From assembly GCA_012295275.1 (NCBI GenBank), contig CM022679.1, positions 26,350,001-26,414,000 on the forward strand: a stretch of DNA of 64,000 bases, given 5' to 3'. This document shows, piece after piece, positions 40,156 through 54,140 of the stretch; position 1 is the stretch's first letter; the number at the start of each line of letters is the position of its first letter. This DNA comes from Chrysomallon squamiferum (taxonomy: Eukaryota > Animalia > Mollusca). The notes below the pieces were generated by a model. The model was given only the letters and a program-made list of their open reading frames with translations, searched no databases and had not been told where the DNA came from. Both the position numbers and the translations under genes were made by a program.

Positions 40156-43089
40156 ATGGTTGAAAGTTGTGTTGTACCATTAATAGAAATTCGAGACGAG
40201 TTTGTTATATGTGAAATTTGTTTAGACTATTTTAATGACGGAGATAAACTACCACGTATTTTACCATGTCATCATAGCTTTTGTTGTCAATGTTTGACTT
40301 CAGTGTGGAAGAATTCGCCAGAGGGAGTAATATGTCCCAACTGTCGACAAATATGGCCTGTTCAAAATAATATCGAGAAAACATTTCCACAAAATAAAGT
40401 ATTGACAGATTTGATGGAATATATAAGAATTAAGAATAATGCTGAACAAATACCGTGTCAAGTATGTTCCAATAAACAGAAAGCAACGACCCGATGTTTC
40501 GATTGTGATACTCACATGTGTGAAACATGCACATCATATCACATGAAATTTCCAAGTTCAAAGCATCACAAGACAGTTTCTATATCACAACTGGCGGAAC
40601 TTCCACAATCTGAATTTTTCCAGAGAAAGGATATCTGTACAAATCATGAAAATATGAAAGTTGATGTTTACTGCAAGACGTGCTGTACAGCTGTCTGCTC
40701 TACGTGTGCACTTGTGTCTCACAAAGATCACGAAATCAGTAATCTGAAAGATGTCTACAGCGAGAAGAAGGAAAAGATCAGATACACTTTGTGTCAGTTA
40801 CAGACGTCCATAGAGAAATCAAAATCGTACATTGATAAACTGACTTACGAGAAACAAACACTGGATGAGACAGAAGAACGAAGTCTAAAACAAATAAACG
40901 AAGCCAGTAAAAAAGTCATTAAAAAGACTCGAGATTTGACACGTCACTTGAAAGATGAAGTTGTTAGAAATGTTGAGAAACAGAAATGTGATCGAGATGA
41001 ACAGATAGAAGAGGTGACTCGGTCGATAAATGAGAAAAGTGAACATCTTCTACACTGTCAACAAGCCTTGCAGTTCGCACGTCAAGTCGAATTTACTGAA
41101 ATGTTTGAGTCTCTGGTAAACAAAACAACAACTTTGATCAAGTGCGGAGAACTTGTTGATTTAAAGATAAATAAAATCGACTTACAGTTGCAAACATTTG
41201 AACGTATTGATAATGTAATAGAGAAGACTGTAGAGATGTTTGACAAGTCAGAGATGATACCCTGTATTGAGATGATAGACGCAATTGTAGGACGAGAATC
41301 TTGCGTTCTCAAAGTCAGACTCATCTCAAAGAAAAACAAATCACAGTCAGAAGCTGTTATTGAAACTCCTGGTGAAAGACACGAAACTCATAGAAAACGT
41401 CTAACAACGTCCATTTGTGGAAAGTTGTTTTACAAGCCGCTAAGACTCGGTCTTCACAAGACTTCAGTCAGTGTTGATAGTTTTTACATTGAACATGACA
41501 GTCTCACATTTCACAGCAGAGAGGAGAGTTAGTATTTCAGTCTGTGTTTTTATAATTGTGATACAAAATACCAAACTGAGAAAAAATACACACACACATA
41601 CACATACACACCCTCCCCCACATACGCCCCCAACATAGCTAGATAGATATTGTTTAAAATCAAATAAAATAATGTACAATAAAATAAAAGGAAATAAAAT
41701 AACGAATAATTCTTTTTCTGTTTTCAGCTGTTTAAAAAGTTAAACTTTTCAATCTCAATCTATTATAAAAGTAGCTTTTGTTTGACTTTTTCTGCCTATG
41801 TTGTTTTACTTAAACGATTCACAGCCATGTATGAGTCTGTGTTTCCGTTTTAAATGACTTGTTTCACAATAACAAATATTAGTCTTTATTTTAGATGCCG
41901 AACTCATGAGAAAAGTTCTGATTGGTCACAGCGATGGGTCTAACACGTTTGACGAAGTACTGTGTGAGTAGAAAAGGTTTAATATACGTTTATCCGTTAA
42001 TTGGGAAATACATTTTTTAATTTACATGAATTACAAGTCTTTCTATCCAAAAACTGAATCCAAACACTATTATTATATCTATATCTTTTTCATTATTATT
42101 ATTCCCTAAAAGACTTGTGAGCATAGAACAAAGTGCTAAAAGATGCCCATACACCAACTGTTAATTCTGAATTTTGTTTGTTTATTTTTAAAATTATGTC
42201 TCTCTTCTATTTTTTTATCCGTCTGGCTGTTTATTTATTTATTAATATTTTTGTTTTTTCTTCGTTTGTCTGCTTATTCATTATTTGCTTTATTTTACAC
42301 TACAGATTGTTGGTAAAGCAATATATATAGCATAACATGTTATTTGTCATCACAACTGTTTCGTGTCCGCAGAAATTAAATTTAAAACAACAACAACAGT
42401 GATAGTTATAGTTATATATGTATATTTCTATTTTTACAGTACCCGATATACAGTTTGTTAGAAATACTTTGAACTGGAAGTATTGTAACATCACAGATTG
42501 TGGTGAATTGATCAACAAATCTTCAGTACGAACTGACTCAAAACAAACTTCCAAACTTAACTTTCTGATAGGTGTTTTAGGAAACAAGACTTTCCTCCAT
42601 CCAGACTGTTATTACTGGCAGGCTGATGTTGTGTGTAAAGTACTGGAAAAGGCAGAACTTCATAAAGTGGTCGCTCAAATCGGTGTTTGTACAGAAGAAA
42701 ATTACGATACTTCACATCTGATTTCAAAAAACAGACATGCGTGGTGTGTATCTGTGACGACTTGTCACAATCACAAAAGTTTTTGTCTGTATAGTTTTTC
42801 AAGAGAAAGAATTCGCACTGACAATCCGTTCACCGATTTTAAACAAGAGGCGCGGTTTGAACTTACACTGGGATTCTTGCTCGACTTAAAAAATAGAAAA
42901 CTTCACATTATTCGAGTAAATGAAAACAAATGTGAATACAGCATTCCTGATATTGACGTTTCAAAGCCTCTGATACCAGTATTTGGAGTCTATAGCCCTG
43001 ACATGTTTGATGTCAAAGTGAAAATTGTTTCTGGTGATGATATGTCTCTAAACGATGAGTTACTCAAGTTAATCTCTAATTTACTTTAA
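40156..43089 (+). CDS. TRIM copy 6 (type B) with a divergent SPRY patch, ~696 aa
   Basis: Exon 1 40156-41527, exon 2 41895-41963 (NAELMRKVLIGHSDGSNTFDEVL), exon 3 42440-43089. Canonical splice sites, open throughout. Confidence 0.88.
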
Positions 43090-44054
43090 AAATAGATGAA
43101 AATGTGTAACATGGAGTGTTTGTGATAATTCATACTTTATTAAATTCAAGTGCAGAAAATCAAAAAAAAATATAATTGAATCTTTTCCAATATGGAATTA
43201 TTAAGAAACCTTTAGGGATAAAAAAAAACATTCAGTTGATAGAATATTTTCCCCTGTATTGTTTGCGTGTTCTAAATCGTGTGTGTGTGTGTGTGTGTGT
43301 GTGTGTCAGTGTGAAACTACATTAAAATAGATGAAAAAGTGAGATGATAATATCAATCTGTTTTCATTGTTACTTTGTAAAAAAAATTACATTTTATTTT
43401 TAAATATACCTATGTTGTTTCTTTTCCTTTTTATTTTTGTCCTTTTCCATTTTAGAAAGTTTTAATATGTTGTTTCTTAATGTTTTTGTTTCTAGTTGGT
43501 AATATCGTGAATCAAATATCATGAATTTAAAATCCAAGAAATCATAGATAATATAAAAAAATATATATATTTTTCAAATTAAAACTAACATTTTTACTCT
43601 GAGATAATTTCGAATTACATTTTGATAGAGTTCTGAGACAAATGGTGGACAAATATGTATCATCTTCCTTTATATTCAACTACAGACACATGGCCCTAAC
43701 ACTTTCATCAAATCATAAAATAATTTTTGTTATCAATAATAAGTATTTGATATTACATGCTGTAAAATATTCAGATAAGTGTAAAGGTTGTCTTATGTTT
43801 AGTCTTCAGTATCAGTTCTTGTCAGTGAGTGGTGAGAGTCTAACGCTAATCTCAGCTTAACAGTCTGTTCTTCTGCATGTTATGTTGCTCACTGCTTATT
43901 CATTTATTTATTTGTTATTTTTATTTATTTACTTTTTTGTTTGTTTTGTTTTTTGTCTGTTTTATGTGTTTTGTTTATTTTAAGTTTTATTATATTTTGT
44001 TTATTTTTATTTATTTATTTGTTTGTTTATTTTATTATTTTATTTGATTTCATT

Positions 44055-45042
44055 TAAATAATATTTAAAAATACAAATGTTTGTTTTGAAGACAACATTT
44101 CTAAGCCTTGCTCAATAATTTCTGTAATTTTCTTTCTACTGTATGATGATGTCATGACAAGAATTAATAATGTGAATTTTTAAGCATTTCAGAATTTTGT
44201 TACGTTTATTCACAGACTTTAATATTAGCAACTATGTGTCACAAGTTACAAACAAAACTGCATGTTTTGAAACGATAAAGAATAAATTTCATACGTAGAA
44301 GATCACAACACTCATGGTAATGATGCTGGTATGATGGCGGTGATAATAAAGATGATGATCTTCATCGTTGTCATCATGAAAGTGTTGTGGTGGTGGTGCT
44401 GTGATTGAAGAAGTACATATCATATCTTACATCTTCTATAATCATTCATTAATTTAGATTACAGTATAAAATGTATACATCTTATTGAATTAATTAATGA
44501 ATTCATGTATTTCTTTATTCATTTTTTTTTTTTTTTTTGAAATCTAAATAATACTTAAGAATAAAAAAATTCGTTTTGAAAACAATTTTTTTTTGCTAAG
44601 CCTTATTCAGTAATGTCTGTAAATTTTTTTCTACTAAATGATGTCATGACAAAAATTAAAATGTCAGACATCAAGCATTTCAGAATTTTGTTAATTGTAT
44701 TCATGCAGCTTAATATTAGCAGCTATTTGTCTCAGGTTACAAACAAAACTGGACCTTTTGAAACAAAAAAGATTAAATTTTATACATAAAAGATGACTGA
44801 AATGTGAAAGGTGACACACATACGCACGCACTGTTTTGAGTATAATAATATTATTATTATTTGCATTAAGAACAACAATGATGATTATATGGTGGTGGTG
44901 ATAATAAAGATGATGATGATCATTATAACTGTGATAATAATGATGATCATCCTCATTATCATCATGAAATTGTTGTGGTGGTGATGAGATTGAAGAAGCA
45001 CATATCACATCATAGATCCTACAATCAATCATTCATTAATTT
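44055..45042. repeat. Diverged tandem duplication of a ~400-500 bp 3'-flank block
   Basis: ~44055-44455 and ~44545-45042 share ordered motifs (ctaagcctt..gatgtcatgacaa..aagcatttcagaattttgtta..gttacaaacaaaactg..attgaagaag..atcattcattaattt). Related blocks occur at ~48095-48345 and ~54765-55010. Confidence 0.7.
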
Positions 45043-45373
45043 TTATTATGCTGAAAAAAATATTTACATATTTTTATTAGAAATAGAATATTCACAGACC
45101 CACATTAACATATTACAATTTTTGATTCCATAGAAATCTGTCATCTTTCAATAAACTAGCCAGTTATCTGTTGGTTTCTTTGTAAGACAGATTTAAAACT
45201 ACGTGTCTGATACAATACACCTGATCGTTTCTGTTCGGTTAAACTGTCTTCTGAAACTGGCTAGTCTCTCTGTTTCTTGATCTGACAGTTGTTTTAGTAT
45301 TATTATTAATAGTAGAAGAAGCAGTAGTAGTAGGAGGAGTAGTATCATCATCATTATTAATGTCATTACCATT

Positions 45374-45404
<31 letters not shown>

Positions 45405-45917
45405 TTATTATTATTAATAGTATTAGTATTAGGAGCAGTAGCGGTGGTGAAGAATGCGGCTGTACAGTAATAATAATCGTAGTTGTAGTAGCAGAAGTAA
45501 CTGCAGAGTAATAACAGAATAATCGTAGGAGATGTACACAGTTGTACTAGATATGTAGTATTGGTAATAGCAGTAGTAGCAGCTGTAGAGTAATAGTCGT
45601 AAACAGCATGCATACAGACCATAAAATACTTAAAATGTATAAGAAAGAATGAAGTTAACTGTCGCCTACTAAGAGATAGACGTGTAAAATGTAATGTTTT
45701 CATTTTCTTTTCTTCTTTTTCCTTTTTCTTATGGCAACTAAAATTTAATAAATTTGATACAAGTACCCCGTATGTAGATATGAGTATTTCTATATGTGTG
45801 TATGTATTAATGCTTGTATACACGTATGTATGTTGCTTACAACCACAGTTTGTCTTCACCTAAATTATATGACACGAATAACAAACTGGTGACTTGAGTG
45901 AAGATAAACCTCTAACT

Positions 45918-46196
45918 TACGTCTCAAGGAGATACCATGTTTTTTTTTTAAATCCGCTGAATGTAGAAATGGAATTTGTTTGTTTACTTACCCAGATATT
46001 TTATTTTTTGCATTCATTTCTATTTATTCATTATATTTTTATTTTTAATTTGAAGGAGAATTAATTCTTAGTATGTTCTTATTGACATAGTAAAAATATA
46101 GTATCTATGTAGCGATTGTAAGGAATAGAGAAATTGTGAATTTTACCATATTTCCTTCAGGATACTTAATGAACTATTATTTTATTCTGTCTCTCA

Positions 46197-46239
<43 letters not shown>

Positions 46240-46728
46240 ATTACAACATCAGCCTTATTTGCTTTCTCATAACTGAATAATCAATAGTACCTTTTCTTTT
46301 ATAACTGATTGATTTGTACAGAGAGACAAAATAAATATTTTACAGACAGATATGATCTTTCTTAATTAATCCCCAATCGTTCATTTGTCATTAGTATATT
46401 CTTTATTACTTTTAGTTTGAATGAGAATTAATTTTTATTATCTACTTGCTGACATAGTACAATTTATTGGATATTAAATTCGAAATATTTTCAATAATAA
46501 GAACAGCGATAATGGAAAAAAATAATAAGTAAATAAAAAAATAATAAGTAAATAAAATAAATAATAAGTAAACAAACAAATTAATTAATTAAATAAAATA
46601 AATAAATAAATAAATAAAAATATATAAAAATAATTATGTAAAAAAATAAATAAACATCCATCGTGACTTCTACTTTCAGCGGATTTAAAAAAAACAAAAA
46701 AAATGTAATATCTTAAGCAGACGTTATC
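45918..46728. mobile_element. Possible degenerate foldback/MITE bounded by inverted repeats
   Basis: tttttttaaatccgctgaatgtagaa (~45943-45968) is the near-perfect reverse complement of ttctactttcagcggatttaaaaaaa (~46668-46693). Weaker symmetry extends ~25-35 bp outward. No TSD identified. Confidence 0.4.
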
Positions 46729-46823
46729 TGACAACATTTGGACTTCGTTAGATGAGGGGTGTATCTCCGCTCAGGTGACCAGTTCGTGTCACATCTGTTA
46801 GACGAAGACAAACTGTGGCAAAG

Positions 46824-46866
46824 ATGGACGCTTTTTTCTTTGAAAATGTAAGACATGAAGTGTTTG
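46824..46866 (+). pseudogene. Stray type-A exon-2-like segment with intact donor (reads MDAFFFENVRHEVF, phase 1)
   Basis: Ends GAAGTGTTTG|gtaagtaattttcatattt followed by (AC)n and gagaattg..ccc, matching the exon 2/intron 2 junction of copy 1 (GAAGTGTTTC|gtaagtaattttcatattt). No exon 1 or exon 3 of its own nearby. Confidence 0.5.
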
Positions 46867-46911
46867 GTAAGTAATTTTCATATTTAACATACGGACACAC
46901 ACACACAAACA

Positions 46912-46974
<63 letters not shown>

Positions 46975-47378
46975 CATGCGAGAATTGGTCCCGTGTAATA
47001 ACGTTGATGTAAAGTCGAGGGAACATCACAAACTAATACAATTTTCCGGATACAAGAATAAAACAATAATAATCCAAAACATCAGAACGCCAGTTTTTGA
47101 ACGCCACCATTTGGCCACATTAAAACTAAGGTCGTTACCTGATAGTCAAATCTGTTTTCGGCATGTGTAGAAGAGATTTTAGAGCAAATCGGTGTGCATT
47201 GTATGCGATGACGTCAAAAAGATGGCGGCACTCAGATATTTTAAATTCTAGTCACTTATTGTTATTCTTCGTTATTATTAGTGATGGAAGGCAAGCAAGC
47301 AAATGAAATATAATTTATTAGTATGCATAATATATTTAGACTGATTGTTTGTGTTTCTAAAGATACGTGTTTACTCAC

Positions 47379-47542
47379 AGGCATGTAGAGTTTTGTTATA
47401 GAGACAACTGTTGACTGTGTGTGTGAGTCGACAGTCGTTCCACATCTTGATGGACTGAATCACGGCGTAGTTGAAAGTCTCGGCTGAAAGTTTTCCTTGT
47501 TGTCCTCGGAATCGAGCTAGGAAAAGGTAATCCGAATACAGC
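47379..47542 (-). other. CHST15: Isolated coding-like exon of a CHST15 (GalNAc4S-6ST)-like carbohydrate sulfotransferase
   Basis: Minus strand reads (R)LYSDYLFLARFRGQQGKLSAETFNYAVIQSIKMWNDCRLTHTVNSCLYNKTLHA, then a gtgagt donor. This matches my recollection of the CHST15 segment RLYSDYLYF..SA.DF..V...C......C.YN.TL. The acceptor is weak (tttaaatgag). It is too short for the ORF track, and no other exons were found. Confidence 0.65.
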
Positions 47543-50010
47543 CTCATTTAAACAATATGCGTATTTACATTTTCGTTTGATTGTAGCTGTTTTGGTGAGT
47601 ATGTGTGTGTGTTTGTGTATATGTATGTGTGTGTATTTGAGGGTGAAATTCTACAACCTGTGTGCATATCAGGTTGAGTACAAGGTTTCTTTCTTTCACT
47701 GACTCTAACGTTAATCTCAGCTTGTCTTCAGTAACAGTTCTTGTCACTGAGTGGTGAGAGTCTAACGCTAATCTCAGTTTAACAGTCTGTTCTTCTGCAT
47801 GTTATGTTGCTCACTGCTTATTTATTTAGTTATTTATTTGTTTGTTTGTTTGTTATTTTTCTTTATTTATTCATTTTTATTTTATTTTTATTGTGTTTAT
47901 TTTTTGTTTGTTTCTTTTATTGTTTTATTTTGTTTTTTTGTTTCGTTCTTTCTATTTTAATTATTAGTTATTTAATTTAATTATTTTTTTCTTTAATTAT
48001 TAAGTGAATTATTTATTTAGTTGTTCGTTTATTGTTATATCTATTTATGAATTACTATATTTAACTATTTATTTATTGGTTTGTGTGTTTATTTAAATAA
48101 TATTTAAAAACGGAAATGTTTGTTTTGTTGACAACTTTCCTAAGCCTTGCTCAGTAATTTCTGTAATTTTCTTTCTACTGTAAGATGATGTCATGACAAG
48201 AATTAATAATGTCAGTTTTCAATCACTTCAGAATTTTGTTACGTTTATTCAAATCCTTGAATATTAGCAACTGTTTGTCAAAAGTTACAAACAAAACTGC
48301 ACGTTTTGAAACGATAAAGATTACATTTCATACCTAGTAGATTACATGGTAAATTGATATGTGAAAACTGATCTTGGGTGATCTTGCAGTTTGCAGTTTC
48401 AGCCATTAGTGACACTGAATACCGTGTCAGTCAAAACGCTGACCCTAATAATTAACTAGCTAGTACTGTATTGGAAAAGAGTTTACTAAATTTTAAAATG
48501 CCACCGCTACAACTTCCTCCTTTTATTATGTTAACCGCTAAAATAAAAAATAAGGTATTGAGACAGACTAAGTTTTAAAATTCTTTCACTCCAGAAATCT
48601 TATCAATCTATTTTTTGTAGCGGTGTCTCTGTGTATAGAAGAAAAGAATGACACCAGTTTAGTTAAACACAAATTCTTCATGTATGAAATAAACACAACA
48701 GCAGTCAACTGTAAGCGAGTAACAGGTTTAAGTAAGTGACACCTTTAGTGTATTTGTTAATATTACTCTTATCTAACTGGCTAACACTGGTTTACACAAA
48801 CAAACGATGATATGTTCCACTTAATAACATTAACTTTTGATACAGACATAACAACAGTATCCTGATAAGACTAGAATTGACAGCTTCAACATAATTGCTC
48901 CAGATTCTGTTTTACACTGGTTTGTTCAAAGTACAACAAAGATAGAAAAAAACTATTTATTTGCCTGAATATGTATTTCTGAGTTACATTAGTTATAGTT
49001 ATAACAGAAAATTCCTGTTATCCAATATTTCCTCATTGCTATTAATAGTATTATTATAATTATGATCCGAGAGAGGGAAAAAATTGTTGTGTGACATTTC
49101 AGAGACAGGTAAACACAACTAACCTTGTTAAACTGCTTCTGTAGTGATGTGTGTTTATTATTTCGATAAAGTTAAAGTTGGTTTCTCTCGGATACAGTTG
49201 AAATGAGAATTTTGAACAAAAAGTCTTCTCTTGTAAATTTATTTTAATACTTTTAAAATATTTTTACAGGTAAATGAATCTTAAGTTAACAACAAATGAT
49301 TTCTACAAGTTTTACTGTGTAGCGTAACACAGGTGATAAGCACACAATTGTTATTTCATAGCTGCAGTCGATCTGTCGTCGTTCAGTGAAAATTCAGCGC
49401 CGCCATTTTACACCTGGAGTCGTGACGTTATCATTAATATAACAGCTATATTTTATTGAAACGTTATCACACTTTGACATTATAGATTATAACGCGAGAA
49501 AACAACAAAACCCTCCCCCAAAACAACAACAAACAAACCCAAAACACACACACACACACACACACACAAACAAAAGAAAAAATCCAACAACATCGCTGTC
49601 ACTTTTCATAGAATGGAAAGTACCAGGAGTTTTGCTGAATAATCTTGGTGATTATTTCAATAAAGTTAAAGCTGCTTTCGATCGAAAATGTTTCAGATGA
49701 CAATTTTGAAAAATGTGTTATCATTTAAATTTATTTTATTGAGTTTTAACATTTATAGAGAAAAATAAATCTGTAAAAACATGTCATTATTGTCATTAAG
49801 TTAACAGGTTTCAATTTAAAGTGTCACACAGGCGATACAAAGAAAATACCATTTTTTATGCTTTACGTCCTTATTTTTAATCATCTCACTACATACTGTG
49901 ACAATAAAATAAAATAAAACTTTAATAAACAATACAACGCCGTCGATATAACATTTCACTACTGGAGACGTGACCATTTACACGAGAGTTGTATTTTAAT
50001 AATAGTAATG

Positions 50011-50080
<70 letters not shown>

Positions 50081-50145
50081 ATAATTTGTACGTCTCAAAA
50101 AACACTTGACCATTTACAAGAGAGTTGTATTTTAATAATAGTAAC

Positions 50146-50191
<46 letters not shown>

Positions 50192-50590
50192 CATAATTTG
50201 TACGTCTCAAAAAACACGCACTGTCACCAAGTACACATATTAAAATGATTTATTAGTAATACTGTATTAAACATTAAGGAGTTTAAATGATACAACTTTG
50301 TTCATAGTACTTAGATATATTAGCCTCTTTCCCAAGAGAAACTAACACAGTACAGTCACTTTATCTAGAAACGACATCAGTTCTTATATTTCACTTAATT
50401 ATCGCTCGGATAATAAATAAACCTTTCAGTGGTACGTTAAAATATTTTACTGTTTTATTGATTTGATTTCTAAGTTGTTTGTCATATGTTCAACAGGTAA
50501 TATGGAATGATATTGCACTGAAGATATGACAAGCCTGCTTCTACAGATATTTCTTGATACGAATTCCACGACACTTTAATATGACCCACA

Positions 50591-53500
50591 ATGGCTGAAA
50601 GTTGTGTTGTACCATTAATAGAAATTCGAGACGAGTTTGTTATATGTGAAATTTGTTTAGACTATTTTAATGACGGAGATAAACTACCACGTATTTTACC
50701 ATGTCACCATAGCTTTTGTTGTCATTGTTTGACTTCAGTGTGGAAGAATTCTCCAGAAGGAGTAACATGTCCCAACTGTCGACAAATATGGCCTGTTCAA
50801 AATACAATCGAGAAAACATTTCCACAAAACAAAGTATTGACAGATTTGGTGGAGTATATAAGAATTAAGAATAAAGTTGGAGAAATACTGTGTCAAGTAT
50901 GTTCCGAAAAAAGGAAAGCAACGATCCGATGTTTCGATTGCGATAGTCACATGTGTGAAACCTGCACCTCATGGCACATCAAATTTTCAATATCAAAGAA
51001 TCACAAGACAGTTTCTATATCGCATTTGGCGGAAATTCCAGAGTCTGAATTTTTCCAGAGGAAGGATATCTGTAAAAATCACGAAAATATGAAAGTTGAT
51101 GTTTACTGCAAAACGTGCTGTACAGCTGTCTGCTCTACGTGTGCACTTGTGTCTCACAGAAATCACGAAATCTGTAATCTCAAAGATGTCTACATCGAGA
51201 AGAAGGAACAGATCAAGTCCACTTTATATCAGTTACAGACGTCTATAGACAAATCAAAATCGTACACTGATAAACTGACTCGCGAAAAACAAACACTGGA
51301 TAAGACAGAGGAAGAAAGTATAATGAAAATAGACGAAGCCAGTAAAGAAGTGATTAAAAAGATTCAAGATTTGACACAACAGTTGAAAGATGAAGTTATT
51401 AGAAATGTTGACAAACAGAGATGTGATCGAGATCAACAGATAAAAGTGGTGACTTGGTCGATAAGAGAGAAAAGTGAACATCTTCTACACTGTCAACAAG
51501 CCTTGCAGTTCGCACGCCAGGTTGAATTTACTGAAATGTTTGAGTCTCTGAAAAACAAATCTAAATGTTTGGTTACATCTACTGTATTGGTTGAACTGCA
51601 AATGAAAAAGATCAACCTTGGTCTGAAAATATTTTGCGACTTTGAAAAGATTTTGAACAAATCAGCAGTCGTCTACAATGGATCAAGACGTATCGCTTGT
51701 TTTATACAGAATCGTGACAAGACAGAGCAGAATGGTGAAATGATGAGAGGTGTTCTGTTACCACAGAAAATCAAAGTTACCGAGATGACGTCAGAAGATT
51801 TTGTAGAGACTCTTTCAGAAAATGAAAAAATGTCACTCGCTCATGATCATGGATGTATTAAAAACAATACTGAAATAACCGAACAAGAAGGTAAAATTTC
51901 CAATTCTTTTTGCGCATAAACATCTTCTTCTTCTTTTTTTTTTTAATAAACTGCTAGTCACAAGTCTTTTAAGAATTTGAAATCATTTTCAAATTATTTC
52001 TCCCTTGATTTGGGTCATTGCTGGCTATTTGTATTTTAAGAACATTTTTCCTTCTTTTAATGACGTCCTTTAATTGATTTCGAAATAATTATTAATTCTG
52101 ATTATTTTTTTTTTTTCAATAATGATTGTTGAAGTGCTTATACTCATTATCTGAACATTGGATACAGAGTCCTGTGTTGTTTTTCAGATGGGTGTTTGAT
52201 GCTGAAACTTTTTGTAGGTCAATACAGAGAAGTTTTTCGTAAGTAATTTTCATGTCACACACACACAGACATACATACACACACATATACGCACAGATAT
52301 ACACACATATCACATCATACACATAGACGCACACATACACACATACACACAAAAGGACACGCATACAAACATATCACATCACTTATAGCATACACACATA
52401 TACACAAGCATGCACATACCCGGAAATACACATCACAAACACACATCACACAAACAAAAGCACACAGAAAAATAGATACACAGACACACACAAACACAGA
52501 CATGGACATACATAAACACAAACACACACACATACACACACTCATAGACATCATATGAAAATTGCCCCTTAATAATGTTTGATACAAAGCACAAATTTAT
52601 AAAACTTTCCAGATTATAGTTTCCTTGGATTGCACAATTTTCATTCAATGTAAGATATATTTATATTAAGTTTCGCTAGATATGAATTTAGTAATTAGTA
52701 ACTTTATAGAGGTACATGTTATTACAAAAATACAATATCATACGAGATACTGACGAACGTAAGTTATCTTCTCTTGACATACTTGTTTTCAGATAAGAAA
52801 AAACAAATATTAATATGTCATATTTTAAAATATATGCATAAACGTTTGGTCAGGATTGATGTTAAATAAAATTAAATAAAACAAACAAACAATCAGACAA
52901 TCATGTACATATACCCTACTTCTGCAGATGTTTTAAATAGATACATTTAATTATATTCATAAGTAAACACAGTCATTCAGAATATCCAAGCATTAAACAT
53001 CACATAATAGTTAGAATTAGAAATTTTATGTTACTACATATATTACGTGTTGCTCTTTAATGAAATATAATCGGTAGAATTGTATATAAAAACATTTTTA
53101 ATTCTTTAATTTTTTTTTAAATTTAATAGAAAAAATGGATGTTAAAATGGGTTAAATTTGATTTGTAAACATGGATAAAATATGTTTCATCAGAATATGT
53201 TAGAAGAAAGTAATTCAAAGTCATACAGATATAGTTAAGGTTTTATGTGTACTTATTTATTTTTGCAGTACCCAGTATACAGTTTGATAAAAATGCTGTA
53301 AACCGGAAGTGTTGTAACATCACAGAGTGTGATGAATTGATCAACAAACATTCACTACCACCAGACACAGAAGACACCTCCACACTTAAATGTTTTAAAG
53401 GTGTTTTAGGAAACAAGACTTTCCACCATCCAATCTGTTATTACTGGCAGGTTGACGTTGCAGGTAAAGTACTGTCAAAGGCAGAACTTGATACAGTGAC

Positions 53501-53942
53501 AGCTCAAGTCGGTGTTTGTACAGACCAAAATTATGATGATTTAGAACTAATTTCATACAACACACACGCCTGGTGTGTAAGTGTTGATACCTGCAGTAAT
53601 CACAACAGTCTGTGTTTAGACGTTAATTCTCTTGGTGAGGAAATATCTGACAAGCCGTTTGCAAATTTTGAAAAGAATAAAGAATTCATTGTGAATATTG
53701 GATTGTTGCTTGACACAAAAAATAGAAAATTTCACATAATTCGTTTAAATGTAAACAAGTGTGAATACAGCATTCCTGATATTGACGTTTCAAAGCCTCT
53801 GGTACCAGTATTTGGAGTCTACAGCCCTCGCACATTTGATATCAAAGTAAAAGTCGTTCCTGCTGCTGATGTGTTTCAAAATGACAAGTTACTTAGGTTA
53901 ATCTCTAATTTACTTAAAAATGATATTACATTGTATAATTGA
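50591..53942 (+). CDS. TRIM copy 7 (type A), ~674 aa
   Basis: Exon 1 50591-51890 (GAAG|gtaaaa), exon 2 52188-52238 (DGCLMLKLFVGQYREVF), exon 3 53269-53942 (ttttgcag|TACCC). Open throughout. Confidence 0.88.
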
Positions 53943-54140
53943 CAACAAATCTATTCTTGGGTTCACGATGTATTAGCGATATTGGGTTCTTAGCTATTTG
54001 TTTTGAACACTTCATCTGTTTCATTGTATATTATCAATTTAAATGATAAATATATTTGTATTAATGCTTAGTCTGTATTTGGTGTCTACTGTCCTATTTT
54101 GTTTTATGTGAAGGTAATAGTTGTTTTTTCTGGAGAGGTA

